NCBI RefSeq assembly: GCF_000196555.1
Contig: NC_015067.1
Location: forward strand, 1,470,001-1,502,000
DNA from: Bifidobacterium longum subsp. longum JCM 1217
Lineage (GTDB): Bacteria > Actinomycetota > Actinomycetes > Actinomycetales > Bifidobacteriaceae
DNA length: 32,000 bases
Direction: 5' to 3'
Made by a program: the position numbers and the translations under genes. How positions within the stretch are numbered: position 1 is the first letter of the stretch; each line of letters begins with the position of its first letter. Shown here piece after piece: positions 1 to 8,073 of the stretch. The notes beneath the pieces are model-generated. The model had not been told where the DNA came from. It made no database searches and saw nothing but the letters and a program-made list of their open reading frames with translations.

Positions 1-1
1 G

Positions 2-1396
2 CCAGCCCGCCTTGAGGCGCTGGGCAAGGCCTTCCCGGGCGAACGTCTGGTCATTCCGGCCGGCCAGCCGAAGGTGCGCAACAATGATTGCGATTACATG
101 TTCCGCCCGGACACCACGTTCGCCTACTACACCGGTCTGGGTTCCGATTACGAGGCCGGCGCCGTGCTGGTCCTGAACCCGGTCGACCCCGACTCCCCCG
201 AAGCCGCCGCCGGCAAGACGCACACTCCGGAACTGTTCGTGGCGCCGCGCGCCGACAATTCCACCGAGGACTTCTTCATGTCCGCCCACTACGGCGAATA
301 CTGGGTTGGCCCGCGTGCCGGTCTCAAGGAGATGCAGGCGATGACCGGCATCGAAACCCACGACATCGCCCAGCTGGCCGACGCCCTGTCCAAGGACGTG
401 GGTGCCGAAGCCGGCGCCGTACGCGTGCGCGTGGTCAGCGAAACCGACCCGCAAATCACTTCGATGGTTGAATCCATCCGCGAGGCCAACGGTTTCGCCG
501 ATCCGGACAAGAACTCCGCATCCGACGACAAGCTGCACGAGTTCGCCGCCGAGGCACGCATGGTCAAGGACGGCTACGAAATCAACGAAATGCGCAAGGC
601 CGTGGACGCCACCAAGCATGGCTTCGACCGTCTGCTCTCCGCACTGCCGGCCGCGCTCGACAAGCCGCGCTCCGAGCGTATCCTCGAAGGCGCGTTCAAC
701 GCCGTGTCCCGTGAACTGGGCAACGCCGTCGGTTACGACTCCATCGTGGCTTCCGGCCCCCACGCTCCGATTCTGCACTGGATGCGCAACACCGGTGTGG
801 TGAAGACCGGCGACATGCTGCTGGTGGATGCCGGCGTTGAGGTCGATTCCCTGTACACGGCCGACATCACCCGCACCTTCCCGACCAACGGCAAGTTCAC
901 CGACTTCCAGAAGCGTCTGTACCAGGCCGTGCTCGACTCGCAGCAGGCCGGTTTCGAAGCCGCCAAGCCGGGTGCCACCTACTCCGACATCCACCACGCC
1001 TGCATGCGTGTGATCGCCGAGCGTCTGCACGATTGGGGTCTGCTGCCGGTGAGCGTCGAGGAGTCGCTGTCCCCGCAAGGCCAGCAGCACCGCCGTTGGC
1101 TCGCCTGCGGCGTGGCCCACCACCTGGGTCTTGATGTGCATGATTGCGCGCAGGCCCGTTTCGAGTCCTATCAGGGCGCGCCGATTCGCCCGGGCATGAT
1201 CTTCACGATCGAGCCCGGCCTGTACTTCCGCGAGGATGATCTGCTGATTCCGCCGGAATACCGCGGCATCGGCATCCGCATCGAGGACGACGTGCTCATG
1301 ACCGAGAACGGCCCCGAATGGATTTCCGCCGGCATCCCGAAGCAGATCGACGACGTCGAAGCCTGGATGGCCGAGCAGGCTGCCCAAGCGAAGTAA
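2..1396 (+). CDS. pepP: Xaa-Pro aminopeptidase, M24B family (5' end cut by window edge)
   Basis: Frame +2 is open from the window edge: PARLEALGKAFPGERLVIPAGQPKVRNNDCDYMFRPD precedes the first listed Met at 74, so the true start is upstream of the window. M24 pita-bread metal-ligand blocks are visible: LVDAGVEVDSLYTADITRTFP, HHLGLDVHD, FTIEPGLYF, GIRIEDDV. Stop TAA at 1394-1396. Confidence 0.88.
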   Translation, partial: PARLEALGKAFPGERLVIPAGQPKVRNNDCDYMFRPDTTFAYYTGLGSDYEAGAVLVLNPVDPDSPEAAAGKTHTPELFVAPRADNSTEDFFMSAHYGEYWVGPRAGLKEMQAMTGIETHDIAQLADALSKDVGAEAGAVRVRVVSETDPQITSMVESIREANGFADPDKNSASDDKLHEFAAEARMVKDGYEINEMRKAVDATKHGFDRLLSALPAALDKPRSERILEGAFNAVSRELGNAVGYDSIVASGPHAPILHWMRNTGVVKTGDMLLVDAGVEVDSLYTADITRTFPTNGKFTDFQKRLYQAVLDSQQAGFEAAKPGATYSDIHHACMRVIAERLHDWGLLPVSVEESLSPQGQQHRRWLACGVAHHLGLDVHDCAQARFESYQGAPIRPGMIFTIEPGLYFREDDLLIPPEYRGIGIRIEDDVLMTENGPEWISAGIPKQIDDVEAWMAEQAAQAK

Positions 1397-1399
1397 CCT

Positions 1400-1430
1400 A
1401 AGCTCCCTCTGATGAGGGAGCTTCTTTTCT
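1400..1430 (+). terminator. Rho-independent terminator after pepP
   Basis: 10-bp stem AAGCTCCCTC (1400-1409) / GAGGGAGCTT (1414-1423), 4-nt loop TGAT, followed by CTTTTCT. It starts 4 nt after the pepP stop. Confidence 0.8.
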
Positions 1431-1444
1431 ACTAAGGAGGCAAT

Positions 1445-1966
1445 GTGTCCACTCCGGAATTTGTGTTGGAATTGCGTAAGAAGATCGGCCATGATCTGTT
1501 GTGGCTCAATGGCGTGACCGGTTGTGTACTGAACGAACATGGTCAACTGCTGTTGGGCCGTCGTTCGGACACGGGCGAATGGGCGATGGTCTACGGCATC
1601 AACGAGCCGGGCGAACAGCCGGCGGACACGGTGGTGCGCGAAATCAAGGAGGAGACGGGCATCGATGCCATCGTCACCGATTTGGTGGCCGTCACCTCGT
1701 CAAACAAGGTGCTGACCTACGCCAATGGCGACAACACCATGTACATGGATCATTCGTTCCTGTGCGCCCTGAAGCCCGGCGGCAATGCCGAGCCGTTCGT
1801 AGGCGACGAGGAAAGCCTGAGCGTCGGCTGGTTCGATCTGGATGACCTGCCCACTCCCCTGGCGGCCAGCACGAGCGAGCGGCTGGAGCTGTTCCATACT
1901 TACATCGAGAACAAAAAACACGGCGACGCCCACGCCCTGTTCCAGTTCGATGGGCAGCAGTACTAG
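1445..1966 (+). CDS. NUDIX hydrolase
   Basis: Nudix box GEWAMVYGINEPGEQPADTVVREIKEETGI fits GX5EX7REUXEEXGU. GTG start at 1445 is preceded by AAGGAGG (1434-1440). The spacer is only 4 nt, so the start is less certain than the frame. Confidence 0.85.
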   Translation: MSTPEFVLELRKKIGHDLLWLNGVTGCVLNEHGQLLLGRRSDTGEWAMVYGINEPGEQPADTVVREIKEETGIDAIVTDLVAVTSSNKVLTYANGDNTMYMDHSFLCALKPGGNAEPFVGDEESLSVGWFDLDDLPTPLAASTSERLELFHTYIENKKHGDAHALFQFDGQQY

Positions 1967-1979
1967 CGGATATAAAGTT

Positions 1980-2001
1980 AGCTCCCTCTGACGAGGGAGC
2001 T
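1980..2001. terminator. Hairpin between convergent NUDIX (+) and ABC ATPase (-) genes; probable bidirectional terminator
   Basis: AGCTCCCTC (1980-1988) / GAGGGAGCT (1993-2001), loop TGAC. Nearly identical to the hairpin at 1401-1422 (one loop base differs). No strong T-tract on either side. Confidence 0.55.
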
Positions 2002-2015
2002 CCAATGCTATGCGA

Positions 2016-3725
2016 TTACGCCTCTTGGGCTAGGAGCTCGTGGAGGTGGGCGCGGTGTTGCTGCTGTTCGCGCGGGTCGGGCACGGGCAGGGAGGCCAGC
2101 AGCTTCTTGGTGTACGGGTTCTCCGGGTGCTGCATAATCTGGTCGGCATCGCCGTGCTCCACGATCTGGCCCTTATGCATCACCATGATGCGGTCGGCAA
2201 GCATATCGACCACCGCCAAATCATGGGTGATGAACAGGCACGCGAAGCCGATTTCCGCCTGCAGTCGCTTGAACAGCTCCAACACCTTGGCCTGCACCGA
2301 CACGTCCAATGCAGAAGTCGGCTCATCGGCGATCAGCAGCGACGGCTTCAACGCCAAACCACGCGCCAAAGACGCCCTCTGGCGCTGGCCGCCGGACAGC
2401 TCATGCGGGAAACGGTTCATGTAGGCGCGCGGCAGCTGGACCATCTCCAGCAGATCGCCCACATAGTTCTTGGCATCGGCCACGGAACCGTACTTGTGGT
2501 GCACGAGCAGCGGCTCGGCCACATTCTCCGCGATGGTCATCAGCGGGTTGAACGAGGAGCCCGGATCCTGGAACACGAAACCAATGTCCGCGCGCTTGGG
2601 CTTGAAGTCACGCTCCTTGACGCCGTTCATCTCGATGCCGAGCACGTTCAGGGAGCCGCCGGACACCTTCTGCAGGCCGGCGATGGCACGGCCGGTGGTG
2701 GACTTGCCGGAACCGGACTCGCCCACCAGGCCCAGCACTTCGGAGCGGTGGATGGTGAAGTTCGCGCCGTCCACGGCCTTGAAGTCGGGCTGCATGAGAT
2801 GGCCCGGGTACGTGATGGTCAGGTTCTTGGCCTCGACGGCGATCGGCTGTTCGCGCCAATCGGCCTTGCGCTCGATCGGTTTGCCCTCGCGGTCGCGCAC
2901 GACCAGCTTCTGACCGATGCGCGGCACGGCACCCAGCAGTCGCTTGGTGTAGTCGTCCTTCGGATGGTAGAAGATCTGCTCCACGTCGCCCTGCTCGACC
3001 ACGTGGCCGCGGTACATGACGACCACCTGGTCGGCGATGTCCGCGATCACGCCCATGTTGTGGGTGATGATGAGCACGGAGGCGTCGAACTCGTCACGGG
3101 CGAGGCGCAGCAGGTCGAGAATTTCGGCTTGCACGGTCACGTCGAGGGCAGTGGTGGGCTCGTCGGCCAGAATCAGGCCGGGGTTCAGCACCAACGCCAT
3201 GGCGATGACGATGCGCTGCTTCTGGCCGCCGGAGAACTGGTGCGGGTAGTAGTCCACGCGGGTTTCGGCATCCGGGATGCCGACCTTCTTCAGGATGTTG
3301 ATGGCCTTGGCGCGCAGTTCCTTCTTGTCCTTCATGCCGTGGGCGCGCAGGCCCTCTTCAATCTGCCAGCCGATGGTGTACACCGGGTTCAGCACCGAAT
3401 TGGGCTCCTGGAACACCATCGCGGCCTCGGAACCACGCACTTCGCGCAGCTGTTCGCCGCTCAGGGAGAGCACGTCCAGCGAATCGGAGCCATCGCGCTT
3501 GGACAGGTAGACGGCACCGGAGGTGGTGGCCGTCTCCGGCAGCAGCTTGATGATGGAGCGCGCGGTCACGGACTTGCCGGAACCGGATTCGCCGACCACG
3601 CCGACCACGGTCTTGCGCGGAATGGTGAAGTTCACGTCCTCAACGGCCTTGATGGAGCCGGCGTCGGTCATGAAGGAGACGGACAGGTCCTTGATATCGG
3701 CGAGATTCTTGTTGTTTTCGCTCAT
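2016..3725 (-). CDS. ABC transporter ATP-binding protein, two fused ATPase modules (DppD/OppD + DppF/OppF-like)
   Basis: Walker A GESGSGKS occurs twice. Signature motifs FSGGQKQR and LSGGQRQR. Walker B ILADEPTTALD and LIADEPTSALD. AAGGAG lies 6 nt upstream of ATG 3725. The start is 3 nt downstream of the stop of the preceding permease. Confidence 0.93.
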   Translation of the reverse strand: MSENNKNLADIKDLSVSFMTDAGSIKAVEDVNFTIPRKTVVGVVGESGSGKSVTARSIIKLLPETATTSGAVYLSKRDGSDSLDVLSLSGEQLREVRGSEAAMVFQEPNSVLNPVYTIGWQIEEGLRAHGMKDKKELRAKAINILKKVGIPDAETRVDYYPHQFSGGQKQRIVIAMALVLNPGLILADEPTTALDVTVQAEILDLLRLARDEFDASVLIITHNMGVIADIADQVVVMYRGHVVEQGDVEQIFYHPKDDYTKRLLGAVPRIGQKLVVRDREGKPIERKADWREQPIAVEAKNLTITYPGHLMQPDFKAVDGANFTIHRSEVLGLVGESGSGKSTTGRAIAGLQKVSGGSLNVLGIEMNGVKERDFKPKRADIGFVFQDPGSSFNPLMTIAENVAEPLLVHHKYGSVADAKNYVGDLLEMVQLPRAYMNRFPHELSGGQRQRASLARGLALKPSLLIADEPTSALDVSVQAKVLELFKRLQAEIGFACLFITHDLAVVDMLADRIMVMHKGQIVEHGDADQIMQHPENPYTKKLLASLPVPDPREQQQHRAHLHELLAQEA

Positions 3726-3728
3726 CTC

Positions 3729-4898
3729 TCACTCCTTGCCTTCCGGCTTGCCCTCGCCGGTCCATTCGGAGGCGACGATGGTCGGGTCATGGTCGGTGAC
3801 GGTGGCCGGCGGGTCGACGTTCGCGTCGAGTTCGGCAATCACCTCGTTGCGTGCGGTCGGCTTCTCGTTTGGGTCGACGGACGTGTCTTCGATCGATCCG
3901 ACCACTTCGCCGGCGGACTTGCGGGCGCGCAGACGCGGGTCGGCCAGATCGTTGAGCGATTCGCCCACGAGCGTGATGCCGAGCACGATGAGCACGATGG
4001 CGATGCCCGGGAACACGGCAGTCCACCAGATGCCGGCGGTCACGTCGGAAACCGAGCGGTTCAGGTCGTAGCCCCATTCGGCGGCGGCGGTCGGCTCGAT
4101 GCCGAAGCCGAGGAAGCCCAGGCCGGCGAGGGTCAGGATGGCTTCGGACGAGTTCAGCGTCAGGATCACCGGCAACGTGCGGGTGGAGTTCTTGAACAGG
4201 TGCTTGGTCATGATGCGCCAGGTGGAGGCGCCGACCACGCGCGCGGACTCGACATACGCGGATTCCTTGATGCGGATCACTTCGGCGCGAATTGTGCGGA
4301 AATACTGCGGGATGTACACCACGGTGATGGAGATGCCGGAGGCCAGGATGCCGCTCCACAGGCCGGACTGGCCGTGGGAGATCATGATGGCCATCAGAAT
4401 GGCGAGCAGCAGCGAGGGGAAGGAGTAGACGGCGTCGGCGATCATCACCAGAATGCGGTCCACCCAGCCACCGTAGTAGCCGGAGACCAGGCCGAGCAGC
4501 ACGCCGGCGAAGATGGAGAGCAGCACGGCCACGACGATGGCGATGACGGCGGTGCGTGCGCCCCACACCACACGGGAGAACACGTCGAATCCGGCGGCGG
4601 TGGTGCCCCAGATGTGTTCGGCGGAGGGTGCGGCCTGCGCCGGGAAGGACGTGCCGTCGGCGGCCTTGATCTGGGCGTGGCCGTAGGGGGCGATCAGCGG
4701 GGCGAAGAGGGCCACGAGCAGGAAGAACGCGGTGATCGCGAGACCGGTGATCAGCATGCCCTTCTGCCAGCCGACCGCCACGCGCAGTTCCTTGATGATC
4801 GGGATCTTGGTCCAGAACGGCGTCTTGGTGCTGACGTTGAGCTTGGTGAGGCGGTCGTCACCGGGGACGGTGATCTTGTCTTGGGATGCGGTGGTCAT
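3729..4898 (-). CDS. ABC transporter permease, DppC/OppC-like
   Basis: Multi-pass hydrophobic protein with the binding-protein-dependent transporter EAA-type loop YVESARVVGASTWRIMTKHLFKNS. ATG 4898 lies 1 nt from the upstream permease stop (4900-4902), which suggests translational coupling. Confidence 0.9.
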   Translation of the reverse strand: MTTASQDKITVPGDDRLTKLNVSTKTPFWTKIPIIKELRVAVGWQKGMLITGLAITAFFLLVALFAPLIAPYGHAQIKAADGTSFPAQAAPSAEHIWGTTAAGFDVFSRVVWGARTAVIAIVVAVLLSIFAGVLLGLVSGYYGGWVDRILVMIADAVYSFPSLLLAILMAIMISHGQSGLWSGILASGISITVVYIPQYFRTIRAEVIRIKESAYVESARVVGASTWRIMTKHLFKNSTRTLPVILTLNSSEAILTLAGLGFLGFGIEPTAAAEWGYDLNRSVSDVTAGIWWTAVFPGIAIVLIVLGITLVGESLNDLADPRLRARKSAGEVVGSIEDTSVDPNEKPTARNEVIAELDANVDPPATVTDHDPTIVASEWTGEGKPEGKE

Positions 4899-4899
4899 C

Positions 4900-5991
4900 T
4901 CAGTACCTCACTCTCGGGTCGATAAGCGCGGCGATGACGTCGACGAGGAAGTTGACGACGGCCACGATGATGGCGATAAGGATCACGATGCCCTGCACGG
5001 CCACGAAGTCACGGGCCTTCAGGTACTGGGACAGCATGAAGCCCAGGCCCTTCCATTCGAAGGTGGTTTCGGTCAGGACCGCGCCGGCGAGCATCAGGGC
5101 GATCTGCATGCCCATGACGGTGATGATCGGGATCAGGGCCGGTCGCCAGGCGTGCTTGTTGAGCAGGCGCTTTTCGGAGACGCCGCGCGAGCGGGCAGCC
5201 TCGACGTAGCCGGAATTGTAGGTGGAGATGACGTTGGTGCGTACCAGACGGATGAACACGCCGGCGGTCAGGAGGCCTAGGGCGACGGCCGGCAGCACGG
5301 CGTGGCGCAGCACGTCGACGAGCACGTTCATGTCGCCGAGCTGGATGGCGTCGATGATGTAGAAGCCGGTCGGCGATACCAGACGGGTGAACTGCATTTC
5401 GGAGTTCAGGTCGGAGCGGCCGGAGGCTGGAAGGATGTTGAGCCAGACAGCGAAGATGAGCTTCAGCACGAGGCCGAGGAAGAACACCGGGGTGGCGTAG
5501 CACAGGATGGCGAAGGTGCGGATGCCGGCGTCGGCGGCACGGTCGCGTTTGCGGGCGGCGAGTCGGCCTAGGCCGATGCCGACAATCAGCGCCACAATCA
5601 GGGCGAGGAAGGCCAGTTCGAATGTGGCGGCGCCGTAGTGCGTAAGAATGCTGATCACCGGCTGGTTATCGGTCAGCGTCGTGCCGAGGTCGCCGTGCAG
5701 CAGGCCGCCAAGATAGTCGACGTATTGCACAATCAGCGGGCGGTCATAGCCGGCCGCGTGGATGCGCTGCTGGAGTTCGGCGGGTGTCAGGCGGCCGCCC
5801 AGGGCGGCGGAAATCGGGTCGCCGGTGGCGCGCATCACGAAGAACACGATGGTGACCAGAATGAAAACGGTGGGAATAATGAGAAGGAACCTCGTCAGCA
5901 CGAAGCGGAAGAAACTACCTGACAGTCGGTTCTTCTTCGTCTTGGCTTTCGCCGGAGTGGTGCTGGAGGTCGCTATGGCGCTGTCTGACAC
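4900..5991 (-). CDS. ABC transporter permease, DppB/OppB-like
   Basis: EAA-type loop YVEAARSRGVSEKRLLNKHAWRPALIP and six or more hydrophobic spans. The track ORF starts at TTG 6030 with no RBS. I prefer GTG 5991 (VSDSAIATSS...), which has AAGGAG 6 nt upstream. The start is uncertain by 13 codons. Confidence 0.85.
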   Translation of the reverse strand: MSDSAIATSSTTPAKAKTKKNRLSGSFFRFVLTRFLLIIPTVFILVTIVFFVMRATGDPISAALGGRLTPAELQQRIHAAGYDRPLIVQYVDYLGGLLHGDLGTTLTDNQPVISILTHYGAATFELAFLALIVALIVGIGLGRLAARKRDRAADAGIRTFAILCYATPVFFLGLVLKLIFAVWLNILPASGRSDLNSEMQFTRLVSPTGFYIIDAIQLGDMNVLVDVLRHAVLPAVALGLLTAGVFIRLVRTNVISTYNSGYVEAARSRGVSEKRLLNKHAWRPALIPIITVMGMQIALMLAGAVLTETTFEWKGLGFMLSQYLKARDFVAVQGIVILIAIIVAVVNFLVDVIAALIDPRVRY

Positions 5992-6035
5992 GCGATGCTC
6001 CTTGGTGTTGGTAATCGGTATATAAAGCAATAAAG

Positions 6036-6150
6036 GCTCCCCTCTCCGAGGGGAGCTGGCGGCGAAGCCGACTGAGGGGAGTCATACGAGTTGGGCTCCC
6101 CTCAGTCTGCCGTCGGCAGACAGCTCCCCCCCCCCTCAAAGAGGGGAGCT
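6036..6150. repeat. Array of four REP-like stem-loops built on the core GCTCCCCTC/GAGGGGAGC, intercistronic between the SBP and first permease genes
   Basis: H1 6036-6056: GCTCCCCTC-tcc-GAGGGGAGC. H2 6070-6107: GACTGAGGGGAG / CTCCCCTCAGTC, 12-bp stem. H3 6105-6121: GTCTGCC-gtc-GGCAGAC. H4 6122-6150: AGCTCCCC...GGGGAGCT, containing a C10 run at 6126-6135. On the operon (minus) strand H1 is followed by CTTTATTGCTTTATATA. Confidence 0.8.
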
Positions 6151-6159
6151 CATGCTGGA

Positions 6160-7794
6160 TCAGCCCTTGGTGACGGAGGCATAGCGGAAGCGGAAGGAAG
6201 CGTCGAGGGTGACACCCTTCACGGAGGTGCCGGTGACGGCGACCTGGGCACCCTGCAGCAGCGGGATGGTGGAGAGGTCTTCGGTCTCGAGCTTCTGAAT
6301 CTGCTTGAGGATGTCTCCACGAGCGGACTCGTCCTTCTCGCCGGCCTGCTTGACGATCAGGTCGTTGACTTCCTTGTTGGAGTAGCCGTTGTTCACGAAG
6401 TTACCATCGCGGAAGAACGGGGACAGGTAGTTGTCCGGGTCGGAGTAGTCCGGGAACCATCCAAGCTGGTAGACCGGGTACACACCGTCGGAATCGTCGG
6501 TAACCACACGATCCTTGTTGTACTGGGTCCATTCGGTGGACTGCATGTCGACCTTGAACAGGCCGCCTGCCTCAAGCTGGGACTTCAGGGCAGCGTACTC
6601 GTCGGCGGAGACGGAGCCGTAGTGGTCGTTGTTGTACTGGAGCTTGAGGTCGACCGGGGTGGTGACGCCGGCGTCGGCGAGGACCTTCTTGGCCTTCTCG
6701 GTGCTCGGCTTGCCGTTGCCGTCGCCGTAGGCGGACTTCAGCGTGTCATCGTGACCGGCCAGGCCGTCCGGGATGAAGGAGTACATCGGGGTGTAGGTGC
6801 CCTTGTAGACCTTGGTGGAGAGCTCTTCGCGGTCGATGAGGTTGGCGACGGCCTGGCGCACGGCCTTGGCCTTGTTGGCGTCGGCATCGGGCTGGGATTC
6901 GCCGTAGGGCTGAATCTTGAAGTTGAAGGCGATGAAGCGCTCCTCACCGCCCGGGCCCTTGACGACCTTGACCTTGGAGTCCTTGGAGAGGTCCTCGATG
7001 TCGGTCGGGCTCAGGGAGCGGTAGGCCACGTCGACCTGGCCCTGCTGGACGGCCATCTTCAGGTTGGAGGCGTCGGCGAAGTACTTGACCTGCACGACGG
7101 AGTTCTTGGCCGGGGTCAGACCCTTGTAGGAGTCGTTCTTGGCGTAGGCGGCGGACTCGTTGATCTTGAAGGCTGTCAGCGTGTACGGGCCGGCGAAGGC
7201 CTTCTTGGAGACGATGGTGTCGGCGTCGGCGAGCTTGTCGGCGTCGAAGGTATCCTCATCGACGATCGGGCCGGCGGGGCTGGACATGACCTGCTTCAGG
7301 GTCACGTCGAAGGGCACGGAATCCTTGAACACCACGGTGGTGTCGTCCTTGGCGGTCACGGATTCGACGTTGGCGAGCAGGGAGCTCGGGCCGTTCGGGT
7401 CGTTGATCTTCTTGATGCGATCGTAGGAGAACTTGACGTCGGAAGCGGTCAGGTCGTTGCCGTTGGCAAACTTCAGGCCGTCCTTGAGCTTGACGGTGAA
7501 TTCGGTGCCGTCATCGTTCCAGGTACCGTCATCGGCGGCGATGTCCGGGCTCAGTTCGGAGGTGTTGTAGTCCTGGGCGTACAGGAACGGGAACACCTGG
7601 ATCTGCACGGCGTATGAACCGTTGTCGTAGGAGCCGGCGGGGTCCAGGCTGGTGATCTTATCGGTGGTGCCGATGGTGATGGCGTTGCCGGAATCGGCGC
7701 CTGCGGCGGTGTCATCCTTCACGCCGCCGCAGGCGGTCAGGGATGCGATGGCGGCCACGGAGACGGCGGCGGCCAGAATCTTCTTGGAATTCAA
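6160..7794 (-). CDS. ABC transporter substrate-binding lipoprotein, family 5 (peptide/nickel/oligosaccharide type)
   Basis: DppA/OppA-like length and sequence. Lipoprotein signal peptide NSKKILAAAVSVAAIASLTAC with lipobox LTAC. The track start GTG 7824 has no RBS. TTG 7794 is preceded by GAGAGAGGA with a 6-nt spacer and gives a canonical signal peptide. Confidence 0.88.
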   Translation of the reverse strand: MNSKKILAAAVSVAAIASLTACGGVKDDTAAGADSGNAITIGTTDKITSLDPAGSYDNGSYAVQIQVFPFLYAQDYNTSELSPDIAADDGTWNDDGTEFTVKLKDGLKFANGNDLTASDVKFSYDRIKKINDPNGPSSLLANVESVTAKDDTTVVFKDSVPFDVTLKQVMSSPAGPIVDEDTFDADKLADADTIVSKKAFAGPYTLTAFKINESAAYAKNDSYKGLTPAKNSVVQVKYFADASNLKMAVQQGQVDVAYRSLSPTDIEDLSKDSKVKVVKGPGGEERFIAFNFKIQPYGESQPDADANKAKAVRQAVANLIDREELSTKVYKGTYTPMYSFIPDGLAGHDDTLKSAYGDGNGKPSTEKAKKVLADAGVTTPVDLKLQYNNDHYGSVSADEYAALKSQLEAGGLFKVDMQSTEWTQYNKDRVVTDDSDGVYPVYQLGWFPDYSDPDNYLSPFFRDGNFVNNGYSNKEVNDLIVKQAGEKDESARGDILKQIQKLETEDLSTIPLLQGAQVAVTGTSVKGVTLDASFRFRYASVTKG

Positions 7795-7982
7795 CAGGAA
7801 TCCTCTCTCATAACTTGTTTCCACGTCATCACTGCGGGCGTGGATTACCGCCTGACTATGGTGCGGATGTGTTACCTCTGCGTTTCCATAGTCATCGACT
7901 TATGTTTCGCTTGTGGCGACCAAGGCCGGTTTTATGCGGTATCGAGCAGTATTACGGATTCTTGTATTACGACGTGAATAAC

Positions 7983-8026
7983 GGTCACATGGTGAGACAA
8001 ATATACTATCATCTCACCATGTGACC
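7983..8026 (-). terminator. Long perfect hairpin downstream of nagA and upstream of the ABC operon
   Basis: Perfect 15-bp arms GGTCACATGGTGAGA (7983-7997) / TCTCACCATGTGACC (8012-8026) with a 14-nt AT-rich loop. It lies 48 nt past the nagA stop on the minus strand. The trailing sequence is GTTATTCACG, so there is only a weak U-tract. Confidence 0.55.
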
Positions 8027-8073
8027 ATGTTCGTAGACGAATGCCTTCCATTCGTCAACCGGTCGGCCTACTG

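Noticed and set aside
2040-4925. 961-aa ORF on the + strand, the longest ORF in the window
   Set aside because: It lies entirely antisense to three well-supported ABC transporter genes. Its composition is the Gly/Arg/His/Asp/Val-rich pattern of a shadow ORF in high-GC DNA. It has no recognisable domain and no RBS.
6036-6150. Possible CRISPR array, because the GAGGGGAGC-type repeat recurs
   Set aside because: The repeats are short, palindromic to one another and irregularly spaced, forming hairpins rather than repeat-spacer units. There are only a few copies and no cas genes. This is REP-like, not CRISPR.
6091-7617. 508-aa + strand ORF
   Set aside because: Antisense to the family-5 SBP gene, with the same shadow-ORF composition (G/V/D/L repeats). 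It begins inside the hairpin array.
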